Virus record (IMG/VR): IMGVR_UViG_3300050821_013390
Coordinates: 1-53,411 of that record
Length of the DNA: 53,411 bases
Origin: a virus
Direction: 5' to 3' (one strand)
The notes beneath the pieces were generated by a model that was given only the letters and a program-made list of their open reading frames with translations, was not told the origin of the DNA and ran no database searches. The number at the start of each line of letters is the position of its first letter. Positions within the stretch are counted from its first letter, which is position 1. Positions 36,808 to 44,312 of the stretch are shown one piece after another. The position numbers and the translations under genes are program-made.

Positions 36808-37527
36808 CTATAACGATATATTATAAATTATCCCCAACCCACAGGTTAGGCTGTTCTTTGCTTGGATATGTCGATGGGGGTTGGTTTTAGAATATGCCCG
36901 TAAACGATGGGGTCGCCAATAATTATTAAAGACCTCTCTTACCGTAGCCTCCACGCTAAAATCTTTAACATTGTATCCCATTCCAATTTTTATTACCGGT
37001 AATATCTTGGTATTCTGGAAAATAGAACTAATATCAACCATTGTTGTATTATATTGATAAATAAAGGCGTGTGCTTTTACTCGAGAAATACTAAGACCCA
37101 ATCCCCCTAGAGCATAGCAATTACCAAAATTATTAATCTTTATCAATACCATTAATGGTATATGTGACTGTCGCATCTTAGTGCGCATCCTAACAACATG
37201 TCCGGCTGGTATAGGATTGCTTCCGGCTACCATTTCTTCAGACCCAATAGATGCATTATATTTTTGACAGAAATAATTCTCGTATCCTGCTTCAATCCCA
37301 AAATGACGCGAAAACATAAATCCCGCGCTAACACCTACGCCTTTTGTATTCTTATGGAATAAGTTTTTTCCGTAATTGTTTTCCCATTGCGTATGATTAG
37401 ATAAGGCTGATACCCCCAGTCTAATGGTCTTAGGATGGGCATATACTATCTTAAATGAACCATGTTTTTCGGCATAGGAAATGCTGGCAAATATTAATAA
37501 TATGCTACTTAAGATTAATACTTTCAT
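36808..37527 (-). CDS. Outer-membrane beta-barrel protein (OmpA-N/Ail-Lom-like moron)
   Basis: Signal peptide MKVLILSSILLIFASISYA|E (start 37525-37527). Alternating amphipathic strands GVSAGFMFSRHFGIEAGYENY, YALGGLGLSISRV, VIKIGMGYNV, LTCGLGIIYNI. Confidence 0.65.
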   Translation of the reverse strand: MKVLILSSILLIFASISYAEKHGSFKIVYAHPKTIRLGVSALSNHTQWENNYGKNLFHKNTKGVGVSAGFMFSRHFGIEAGYENYFCQKYNASIGSEEMVAGSNPIPAGHVVRMRTKMRQSHIPLMVLIKINNFGNCYALGGLGLSISRVKAHAFIYQYNTTMVDISSIFQNTKILPVIKIGMGYNVKDFSVEATVREVFNNYWRPHRLRAYSKTNPHRHIQAKNSLTCGLGIIYNISL

Positions 37528-37550
37528 TATTTTATTTGCCCTTCTGTCAT

Positions 37551-37712
37551 TTATGGAGCCCATTTATAGGGTTCACCCATGCCGGGGCCCATCGAGAACG
37601 GTCTCCATACGCCACCCTTATACACGCAAATCGCCACCGTCCCATCAGCAGGGATCCAAAGCTTTTCCTGTTGTTCAACAGTCATGTGGGGGATATTTAT
37701 TTTTTCAGTCAT
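37551..37712 (-). CDS. Small early protein (53 aa), possible 4th member of the Y-x-x-G-x-W family
   Basis: Not in the ORF track. ATG at 37710-37712, 3 nt upstream of the preceding gene's stop codon (8-nt overlap). MTEK... N-terminus like its neighbours. AICVYKGGVWRPF motif. Confidence 0.45.
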   Translation of the reverse strand: MTEKINIPHMTVEQQEKLWIPADGTVAICVYKGGVWRPFSMGPGMGEPYKWAP

Positions 37713-37914
37713 TTGCGGCAAGCTTTTGTGCGTCGGTCATTTCAGGAACATCCTTTTCTTTTTCTTTCATTATTCGAAATCTATTAAATAACCGATACCT
37801 GGAGTCGTAAGAAAAATCAAACATATCACATAACGCGCGACAATCAGCTTCGCTTTCAAGCCCCAGTCTCTTCATGAGCTTGATCTGTACATCCTCTACG
37901 CATTGGTCAGTCAT
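37705..37914 (-). CDS. Small early hypothetical protein
   Basis: The start at 37912-37914 (MTDQ...) forms an ATGA overlap with the upstream stop. The track's start at 37938 is less likely. Confidence 0.55.
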   Translation of the reverse strand: MTDQCVEDVQIKLMKRLGLESEADCRALCDMFDFSYDSRYRLFNRFRIMKEKEKDVPEMTDAQKLAAND

Positions 37915-38153
37915 CTCTTCTCCTTCAATAAATGCCACTTATCCCCAGAATAATACTTAACACCTTCTTTGGTGTTAATCAACTGGCCTTCTTTGGGGTT
38001 TTTAATGAAACTTTCCTCAATAACGGGCATACGCGCAATGCTCTCATGGGTTGAGATTTTTTCTTCAACTGAAACATGCCAGCAAATAGCCAGGATTATT
38101 AATAATATGTGAAATAAAATGGTCAAGCATCCTTTTAATATTGATTCCTTCAA
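37911..38153 (-). CDS. Membrane-anchored early protein, TEG(V/I)KxYxxGxW family
   Basis: TTG start. TM segment LTILFHILLIILAICWHV. C-terminal NTKEGVKYYSGDKWHLL. Confidence 0.55.
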   Translation of the reverse strand: MKESILKGCLTILFHILLIILAICWHVSVEEKISTHESIARMPVIEESFIKNPKEGQLINTKEGVKYYSGDKWHLLKEKR

Positions 38154-38191
38154 CCATTATTCTACTCACATCCTTTATCCTGAATACTACA

Positions 38192-38407
38192 TTATACTGT
38201 ATATAAAGCCCATTTACCATCCGTATAGCGCTTAATACCCTCTGTAGTGCGAATAGCATGCCCTTCTGCGGCATCTGTAATGAGGTTTTCATCCTCAATA
38301 GGCGATTCCATAAGGCATTTATAAGCTGCCAGTTTTATTTCTTCATTCCAAATAGGTTGAGCAGGCTCTGCAACCTCTCCTTCAATAATTAAGTTTTCTT
38401 CAGTCAT
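38192..38407 (-). CDS. Early protein, TEG(V/I)KxYxxGxW family
   Basis: C-terminal RTTEGIKRYTDGKWALY. MTEE N-terminus. Confidence 0.6.
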   Translation of the reverse strand: MTEENLIIEGEVAEPAQPIWNEEIKLAAYKCLMESPIEDENLITDAAEGHAIRTTEGIKRYTDGKWALYTV

Positions 38408-38409
38408 CT

Positions 38410-38745
38410 TTAATCTCCTTTAATTTGTTTAGAGCATCCCTTGTAGGGTTCCAAAATCCTACCACTACGCAAGTCTTCTAGGTATTTCTCAATCTTTTCT
38501 TCAGCATCCTTTAATAGGAAGGCAATCCCATCATATGAGGTTGCTGATTTATAATGCTGGTCTTCTTCCGGAATATAATCTAGTAATGCATCAATTCTCA
38601 TTCTTCTGCGTACTGGTATCTCCAACTGCTCTGCTGTGCAAGGGGCATCTAGTTTGTCACGAAAGTGCAGCCGCCACATGTATCGCTCTTTTTCTATAGC
38701 CTGAGGAGCTGCTTCCCTCAGTCTTTTTACCATCTCTTCAGTCAC
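38410..38745 (-). CDS. Early hypothetical protein
   Basis: GTG start (GTGACTGAA). Packed operon. Confidence 0.55.
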   Translation of the reverse strand: MTEEMVKRLREAAPQAIEKERYMWRLHFRDKLDAPCTAEQLEIPVRRRMRIDALLDYIPEEDQHYKSATSYDGIAFLLKDAEEKIEKYLEDLRSGRILEPYKGCSKQIKGD

Positions 38746-39034
38746 CTATCTTCTCCTTACATAAGTTTCTCTTTTCCCATCTTGTATCCCACCAGTTCAT
38801 ATATACATTCTGCTCTTCTTCATCAGGCATTCCACATGGCATTCCTTTTACAGAATGGGTGCAACCGCCTCCAATAGCATTTATCTCATTACAGCCAGAG
38901 GAACGCCATCTACCGTGTGTTCTGGCTCTTATTTTCCAATCATTATCATATCGATTTATAAGCCTCCATGCATCAAAATATTTATCTAATTCCTCCATAG
39001 TCATTGGGATTCTTTCAGTCATCTCTAGTCCCAT
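38738..39034 (-). CDS. Early Cys/His-containing hypothetical protein
   Basis: SSGCNEINAIGGGCTHSVKGMPCG may be a metal site. The start may be 39022 (MTER...). Confidence 0.5.
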   Translation of the reverse strand: MGLEMTERIPMTMEELDKYFDAWRLINRYDNDWKIRARTHGRWRSSGCNEINAIGGGCTHSVKGMPCGMPDEEEQNVYMNWWDTRWEKRNLCKEKIGD

Positions 39035-39452
39035 TTAATGTCTTTCTGTATTTCCATTTCTCATATTCCCACAATACATCCTTAATGCCATATCGCACAC
39101 TCCTTAATAATTCCTTAATTTTTTGCTTAGACCATGCAGGTATTCCCTTTAACTTCTCTATGAAGGCTCCGCATCTTGTCAAATGCAACAGTCTATACAT
39201 TTCGCTATTAGCCTTTTTTTCGGCATCTAGATAAGCTTGTAATCTCCCAGGGTCATTCATATAAACCCTAGGCGCTTCAAACGCCATTTTTGCTATCCTA
39301 CCAATGCATGCTGCGCATTCTTCCATGTCAATTGGTTTTTCCGGCTCACCAGATATCTGATTATATAGAGCTGCAAATTTAACCAAATCAGGATGTTGGG
39401 TAACATCTAATTCAGGAAGGGGATGCACTATTTCTTTATATTTCTTGGTCAT
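39015..39452 (-). CDS. Early hypothetical protein
   Basis: ATG at 39450-39452 (MTKKYKE) with an AAGGAA SD is preferred to the track's start at 39509. Confidence 0.55.
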   Translation of the reverse strand: MTKKYKEIVHPLPELDVTQHPDLVKFAALYNQISGEPEKPIDMEECAACIGRIAKMAFEAPRVYMNDPGRLQAYLDAEKKANSEMYRLLHLTRCGAFIEKLKGIPAWSKQKIKELLRSVRYGIKDVLWEYEKWKYRKTLNGTRDD

Positions 39453-39484
39453 TTTTAGATTCCTTGTTAGTTTTAATATTCCCT

Positions 39485-39805
39485 TTATTTTAATACATCT
39501 TTCCAGCATTCATAAGAAGATATCCATTCTCCCAGGAAATAATTCTTCACACCCTCTGTAGTTCTAACAGGCTGGCATTCTCCTGTGTCTTTAAAGTTAA
39601 AAGAAAAGCATTTCCCAGTATCTATAGGGGGTCTCATCATAGCGTCAATGTATTTTACAAATACCTTTATTCTATCTGCGCTCCACACTAAATCATTCTT
39701 CGCCATCTCATCATAGTTCGGGGCAACCCCGCCTAGCGCAAGGTTCTTTAGAATTATACCAGCTTTTCTGCATGCTACCTCATCCCAGATGAGTGGTTCA
39801 GTCAT
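39485..39805 (-). CDS. Early protein, TEG(V/I)KxYxxGxW family
   Basis: RTTEGVKNYFLGEWISS near the C-terminus. MTEP N-terminus. Confidence 0.6.
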   Translation of the reverse strand: MTEPLIWDEVACRKAGIILKNLALGGVAPNYDEMAKNDLVWSADRIKVFVKYIDAMMRPPIDTGKCFSFNFKDTGECQPVRTTEGVKNYFLGEWISSYECWKDVLK

Positions 39806-39891
39806 TTAGGCCCCCATGGGCCGTACTGCTTATCAAGCTCTGCATGCCATTTAATATATTCTTCTCTATCTAGGTAGCACGTTTTACTCAT
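39802..39891 (-). CDS. Mini-ORF (29 aa) bridging two genes
   Basis: ATGA overlaps at both ends (39888-39891 and 39802-39805). MSKTCYLDREEYIKWHAELDKQYGPWGPK. Confidence 0.35.
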   Translation of the reverse strand: MSKTCYLDREEYIKWHAELDKQYGPWGPK

Positions 39892-40703
39892 CTTGATTCA
39901 AGCCATTTTAGTAAGTTTAAAATTGTTTGCATAGGTCTCTTAACTGAACCGCCTTTAGCAAACTTAAAAACCCATGCTCCATCTGGGTTTTGGTCCCACC
40001 TTCCCTGTCTATTGTTAGCGCCTAAATCTGGCAGATATCCCTTTCGCACTATAAGAGGTAATGCCAATGGACCAAAATCATCTTTATACACACCAAGCCG
40101 TCCCTGCTCAAAGTGCGGCAAGAACATGTTTAATAACCTTGTCTGGTAAAGCGGTCGAAATGGACCCGGAGATGTGGTTCTTTTATAATCCTCTGCCAAA
40201 TAAGCTTGAGCATGCTCTTCTGGAACAAATGGAGGAATAAGGCTGTACAACCTTGCATGAGGAGCAAGTTTAGAAAAAAACTCAGAACAAGACTCATCTC
40301 CAGGGACTGCCCCGGGATTGCCTTCATCGCAATATGCCCTTTCTGACATAACCACGGGTGGTCGCGCAGCTAATAAGGGGCGAGCAGCCAGCGCCAATGG
40401 GGCATGGGTTGGCAATAAGGGGTCTCCAGGCGGCATTAATCCAGCCACTTGCAATGCACCCCGCATAGCCCTTCTCTCAGCATGGTCACTTAAGCCAGGC
40501 ACTCTTGATATACTATTATCAGCAACAGTATGACTAGCCCCCTGCGGCAAATGCACGGTCACCCCTGCCACATTCCTGCGAAACTCTGGGTCAGCCCCTA
40601 CTGCTTCCATTCGCTGGCGGTGTTGCAATGCAGCCATGCCTGACTCATAAGCCGGGTGGTGCTCATGATTTACAACATCCCTATAGGAACGCCAATCGCT
40701 CAT
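39888..40703 (-). CDS. GC-rich early protein sharing motifs with virion proteins
   Basis: The N-terminus MSDWR (ATGAGCGATTGGCG) is identical to the start of 6543..8822. FAKGGSVK is identical to a motif in 10394..12211. Pro/Ala-rich. Confidence 0.65.
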   Translation of the reverse strand: MSDWRSYRDVVNHEHHPAYESGMAALQHRQRMEAVGADPEFRRNVAGVTVHLPQGASHTVADNSISRVPGLSDHAERRAMRGALQVAGLMPPGDPLLPTHAPLALAARPLLAARPPVVMSERAYCDEGNPGAVPGDESCSEFFSKLAPHARLYSLIPPFVPEEHAQAYLAEDYKRTTSPGPFRPLYQTRLLNMFLPHFEQGRLGVYKDDFGPLALPLIVRKGYLPDLGANNRQGRWDQNPDGAWVFKFAKGGSVKRPMQTILNLLKWLESR

Positions 40704-40705
40704 TA

Positions 40706-40783
40706 TTAAACAGCCTTCTTATCGTTAACTATCACGCTATCTTCTTCTAATAATAGCGCTTCTATTTTAAATTCTAAATTCAT
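40706..40783 (-). CDS. Mini-ORF (25 aa)
   Basis: ATGA overlap with the upstream mini-ORF. Stop lies 2 nt before the next ATG. Confidence 0.3.
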   Translation of the reverse strand: MNLEFKIEALLLEEDSVIVNDKKAV

Positions 40784-40896
40784 GATTGTTCCTTATGTAT
40801 TTTTTTCGCAAGACGTTCAACCATTTCTTCGGGCTCTACTTTTCGAACCGGTGATATGCTTACAATCTCTTCCGTAACTTTTTCTTTTAATCCCAT
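40780..40896 (-). CDS. Mini-ORF (38 aa)
   Basis: ATG at 40894-40896, directly after the upstream stop. ATGA overlap downstream. Confidence 0.35.
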   Translation of the reverse strand: MGLKEKVTEEIVSISPVRKVEPEEMVERLAKKIHKEQS

Positions 40897-40897
40897 A

Positions 40898-41125
40898 TTA
40901 TACCCTATCTTCTGGAAAAAAGGGATTGCCACGATTAAATACACACAACCCCGCTCTCCTGTTATCTTCGATAGCCTCTGCTAATATCTCTTCCTTTATT
41001 AAAACTTCCTCGTCATCTAACTCTAAATCTATTAAATATTGATAAATATCTTTCATATACTCCCTTAATGTTGTTGCGCTATTACCAGTAATCTCAATGA
41101 GAATCGCAACCTTTGGTTCTTTCAT
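40898..41125 (-). CDS. Early acidic hypothetical protein
   Basis: Packed operon. Confidence 0.55.
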   Translation of the reverse strand: MKEPKVAILIEITGNSATTLREYMKDIYQYLIDLELDDEEVLIKEEILAEAIEDNRRAGLCVFNRGNPFFPEDRV

Positions 41126-41330
41126 ATAGTATATCGATATCTCGTTTAATTTTACGAAGCTCTTTTTCTAATTTTTCTAAATGAGCTTTCAACTCATCTG
41201 TCACTGTAAAGTCTTCTTCTTCATCTTGCACGCACCTACCTCCTAATTGCATCGGGCCATCATATTTAGTAAGCTTATGAATAACCCATTTAATATAATC
41301 CAACTGCTCTAATACTTTTATTACACTCAT
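41094..41330 (-). CDS. Early hypothetical protein
   Basis: Packed operon. Coiled-coil C-terminus. Confidence 0.55.
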   Translation of the reverse strand: MSVIKVLEQLDYIKWVIHKLTKYDGPMQLGGRCVQDEEEDFTVTDELKAHLEKLEKELRKIKRDIDILYERTKGCDSH

Positions 41331-41332
41331 TC

Positions 41333-41569
41333 TTACCCCTTCTTGTCCAACTCATTCGCTAACACTTTAACCCTACCCACAATTTCCTTAGAACTTTCCT
41401 CAAGCTCCTTAAGTTTTCCCTTATTATAGAGCCAGGGATTATCCTTAACGCTATAGAACACTGGCTTACGCGCACCACCATGCAAGTCATCCGCTAACCA
41501 TCTAATCATCTTGATAGCCTCAGACTGCTCTATCTTTTCTTTTAAGTCAGAGAATGCCTTATATGTCAT
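41333..41569 (-). CDS. Early hypothetical protein
   Basis: Packed operon. Confidence 0.55.
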   Translation of the reverse strand: MTYKAFSDLKEKIEQSEAIKMIRWLADDLHGGARKPVFYSVKDNPWLYNKGKLKELEESSKEIVGRVKVLANELDKKG

Positions 41570-41984
41570 GCTCTTTCTCTAGCCATTCCGGCAACTTATT
41601 TAAACGAAAGATAATCATATCTAATTCATCCCGCATCCTGCCAATCTGGCCCTCAAGCTTCTCCGCTCTATCCTGCATTCTCATTATTTCAACTATAGCT
41701 CTACTTAGGCATATATCCTTAATTTCTTGCGGAATCGCAGCGTTTTTCTTGACTTTCTTCTTAAACAAGCTTCCGGTCATTCCTAAACTTACTTTATGAT
41801 TAGCTAAAGTTTTCTTAATATCGCTCACTTGCTTCTTACCCATATTAACCATCTTCAACAAATCCTTCTCGGTTTTTTGCACCAAATCTCCAATAACATT
41901 AATCCCATCATGCTTTAAGGCATTGGTAGCCCGCGTGGAAAGTTTTAAATCCTCTACTGGTAAATCTAAAAGCCCTTTATACAT
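41559..41984 (-). CDS. RNA polymerase alpha-subunit C-terminal-domain (alpha-CTD) homologue fused to a coiled coil
   Basis: LPVEDLKLSTRATNALKHDGINVIGDLVQKTEKDLLKMVNMGKKQVSDIKKTLANHKVSLGM aligns without gaps to E. coli RpoA 255-316. Strong AAGGAG SD. Confidence 0.8.
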   Translation of the reverse strand: MYKGLLDLPVEDLKLSTRATNALKHDGINVIGDLVQKTEKDLLKMVNMGKKQVSDIKKTLANHKVSLGMTGSLFKKKVKKNAAIPQEIKDICLSRAIVEIMRMQDRAEKLEGQIGRMRDELDMIIFRLNKLPEWLEKEHDI

Positions 41985-42103
41985 CTTCCCTTCTCCTTTG
42001 CTATTTTCTCCACCGCTTCACGAATAAGCTTAATCTCATCTTTAATTCCATATACTGCGCACATAATGAAAAATATGAACAGTATTGTAAAAAACCTTGC
42101 CAT
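41966..42103 (-). CDS. Mini membrane protein (45 aa)
   Basis: Not in the ORF track. MARFFTILFIFFIMCAVYG TM segment. The ATG directly follows the upstream stop. Confidence 0.4.
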   Translation of the reverse strand: MARFFTILFIFFIMCAVYGIKDEIKLIREAVEKIAKEKGRCIKGF

Positions 42104-42499
42104 TTAAAACTCCTCCAATATCTGTAGCGCATGCCTAAAGCTCCTTGCTTTAAATATAGGACACTTAGTTCTAACAATCCAGCTATCAGGCGCAATCAAA
42201 GGACCATATACCATGCCACATGATTGACGAGGAATGACCACGACACACATAGAGCACACCTCTTGCTCGGTCACCTTCTCATGGGTCTGGAATATATGAG
42301 GCTTAACTTCATTAACGCTTAGCACCTTCCCTTTTGCAAACACATACCACAATTCCCTGTCATCATCAGGAGGGATGTCTCGCACAAAAGCCACATTGGG
42401 CGGCACTTTCCCGAGGAAGCCGTCTATTTCTTTCCACACGGGATTGGTTGGTTCTTTCTTGGGCTTAATTACTTTCTTGGTTGGTTTCTTTTTAATCAT
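42104..42499 (-). CDS. Early hypothetical protein (basic N-terminus)
   Basis: Packed operon. Confidence 0.6.
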   Translation of the reverse strand: MIKKKPTKKVIKPKKEPTNPVWKEIDGFLGKVPPNVAFVRDIPPDDDRELWYVFAKGKVLSVNEVKPHIFQTHEKVTEQEVCSMCVVVIPRQSCGMVYGPLIAPDSWIVRTKCPIFKARSFRHALQILEEF

Positions 42500-42699
42500 T
42501 CTAAATCCTTATTCAACATAATTTCCATCGCATCATCCCTCACCCATTCAGTATTTACGCGCCTATATATAGTCCAATCCTTAGTATCACAGAAAACAAG
42601 CCCTTCTACCGCAGGAATTTTATTCATTTCTTCCATAGACAGCATAGGTGTTGAGAAAGCACAGCAATATGCTCTCGCCCTTAATTCACGCTCATTCAT
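42496..42699 (-). CDS. Early hypothetical protein
   Basis: The start at 42697-42699 (MNERE) forms an ATGA overlap with the upstream stop. Confidence 0.55.
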   Translation of the reverse strand: MNERELRARAYCCAFSTPMLSMEEMNKIPAVEGLVFCDTKDWTIYRRVNTEWVRDDAMEIMLNKDLE

Positions 42700-42944
42700 T
42701 CTATGTCCTGTTCCATTTCTTTTTCCATTTCTTTTATGTAATTCGCCGCAGCTTCCCACCGGCTTTCATGTCCATCTAATATCTGACACAACGTAGGGGG
42801 CTGATTAAAATGGTCAGCCAAAGCCCTCATAATGAAAGACTCTTTCTCTTCTTTTCTATCAGGATTTATTAACATATCATCAAGATTGTTAATTATGTCA
42901 TCTCTATTTATAGTAATAGTAACTGCTTCATCTTTATCTTTCAT
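42696..42944 (-). CDS. Early acidic hypothetical protein
   Basis: Packed operon. Confidence 0.55.
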   Translation of the reverse strand: MKDKDEAVTITINRDDIINNLDDMLINPDRKEEKESFIMRALADHFNQPPTLCQILDGHESRWEAAANYIKEMEKEMEQDIE

Positions 42945-43168
42945 TCGTTGTCCCTAGAATTATTTTCAACCCACCTCAATATATCCGACTTACGATAGAA
43001 ATAAAAGAACCTATTCTTCTGGAATGGAATGCCGCCCGCTTTGTATGCCATATCCTTCAGCCATGAAACAGGGCGTCCTATTGCAGCAGCAGTGACTGGG
43101 CGACTAAGTAATGCATCAAGAGGAGCTTCATCAAATTGTGCTAAGAGCTCTTCTTTATCCATAGCCAT
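42941..43168 (-). CDS. Xis/AlpA-type (MerR-like winged-helix) DNA-binding protein
   Basis: LLSRPVTAAAIGRPVSWLKDMAYKAGGIPFQK...YRKSDILRWV. The ATG at 43166-43168 is preferred to the track's TTG. Confidence 0.55.
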   Translation of the reverse strand: MAMDKEELLAQFDEAPLDALLSRPVTAAAIGRPVSWLKDMAYKAGGIPFQKNRFFYFYRKSDILRWVENNSRDNE

Positions 43169-43252
43169 CGTAAACAAATCCTTCTCAGTTTTTCATACCA
43201 GGCCTCCAATACTAAATCTGTAAAAGAGTTAACGGCCCACCTATGACTATGG

Positions 43253-43375
43253 TCACCCCCCCTCCACATCATCTAATGTTTCTTCGCGGTATGCATACAC
43301 GTAAATGTTATCTATAATCCCGTTATCAATATCCTCATAAATCTTCTTGAATACTTTATCTATCGCCCTCTTCAT
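43253..43375 (-). CDS. Mini-ORF (40 aa, acidic)
   Basis: Not in the ORF track. Fills an otherwise empty 215-nt gap. Confidence 0.3.
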   Translation of the reverse strand: MKRAIDKVFKKIYEDIDNGIIDNIYVYAYREETLDDVEGG

Positions 43376-43392
43376 ATTTTTTGTTACATTGT

Positions 43393-43632
43393 TCACTTCA
43401 TCATCTCCATCCATTCAAGCAAGTCTTCCTTAACACAAAACCACCTCTCTCCATGCTTTGACAAAGGAACCCCTTTAGCCCTTAACATGCCAGCGGTGGC
43501 ATAGTAGCAACCACTCTTGTGAAGAACAGCATTTATAGTGGTACACGGAAACACCTCACCAAGAGGCGCATTGTTGAAATCTTCTCGCAGCTCAGCGCGT
43601 GTTTTTCTTTTCATCATCATACTCCCTTTCAT
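43393..43632 (-). CDS. Xis/AlpA-type DNA-binding protein (paralogue of 42941..43168)
   Basis: PCTTINAVLHKSGCYYATAGMLRAKGVPLSK...VKEDLLEWM. Confidence 0.5.
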   Translation of the reverse strand: MKGSMMMKRKTRAELREDFNNAPLGEVFPCTTINAVLHKSGCYYATAGMLRAKGVPLSKHGERWFCVKEDLLEWMEMMK

Positions 43633-43645
43633 TGATTGCCATTGA

Positions 43646-43963
43646 TTATTCCTTTAAAAACGCTGATGCCTTACCCCTTATCATTTCCTTAATAATTGCC
43701 ACCCTGTCTTTACTCTCTGCTAGAAGCGCTTCATGTTCCCTGAAAAAGACTTGCTCATCAACTAGTGATTTTAACTTATTTTTTATAGAATTATCAACGC
43801 TTTCTACCTTGCTATATGTAAGGGATGACATATCGTGCCAATGGGATTTACAATATTCTTCAATATGACAAGCAAAATCTTTAATGTTAGCGGCAAATTC
43901 ATGAAGAGCTTCTACTAAATTATAGGATTGTCTATTTGTAATTACTTTAGTTTTCATCATCAC
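43646..43963 (-). CDS. Early hypothetical protein
   Basis: Packed operon. Confidence 0.55.
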   Translation of the reverse strand: MMMKTKVITNRQSYNLVEALHEFAANIKDFACHIEEYCKSHWHDMSSLTYSKVESVDNSIKNKLKSLVDEQVFFREHEALLAESKDRVAIIKEMIRGKASAFLKE

Positions 43964-44312
43964 ATTCCTTTGTTAATATTTCTCGTTCTAAATCATTCAT
44001 ATGCCAGCTACCAGAGACCCTCTTGCTAACTCCGTATAATACGCGACCTACGGCACCCCTGTCTGCTTCCTTGTAAATCTTTGCTAATGTATTCTTTAAT
44101 CTTAACTTAAAGCTCTCTAAACCTTCTTCAACCTTAAATATATCTGAAGAAGAAGAGGATATATTATCATACCATATGGATATATCTCCACGTTCTCTTT
44201 CTTTATATAAAGCTATTACAGAAACCTTTTCTATTGTACCGTTGTCGCCGTTATAAACATCTTCTAGCAGTAAATCTATTCTTGCTTTTAATACTTTAGT
44301 TGCTGCTTTCAC
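43947..44312 (-). CDS. Early hypothetical protein
   Basis: Packed operon. Confidence 0.55.
   Translation of the reverse strand: MKAATKVLKARIDLLLEDVYNGDNGTIEKVSVIALYKERERGDISIWYDNISSSSSDIFKVEEGLESFKLRLKNTLAKIYKEADRGAVGRVLYGVSKRVSGSWHMNDLEREILTKECDDEN

Noticed and set aside
42001-42195. The track ORF 42001..42195, and similarly 38065..38298, 44576..44887, 46736..46924, 46874..47083, 50728..50919 and 28543..28734.
   Set aside because: Each overlaps better-supported same-strand or opposite-strand genes in another frame. Each has odd composition and no SD. Alternatives fit the operon structure: the mini-ORF 41966..42103, and the promoter/terminator at 46756-46848.
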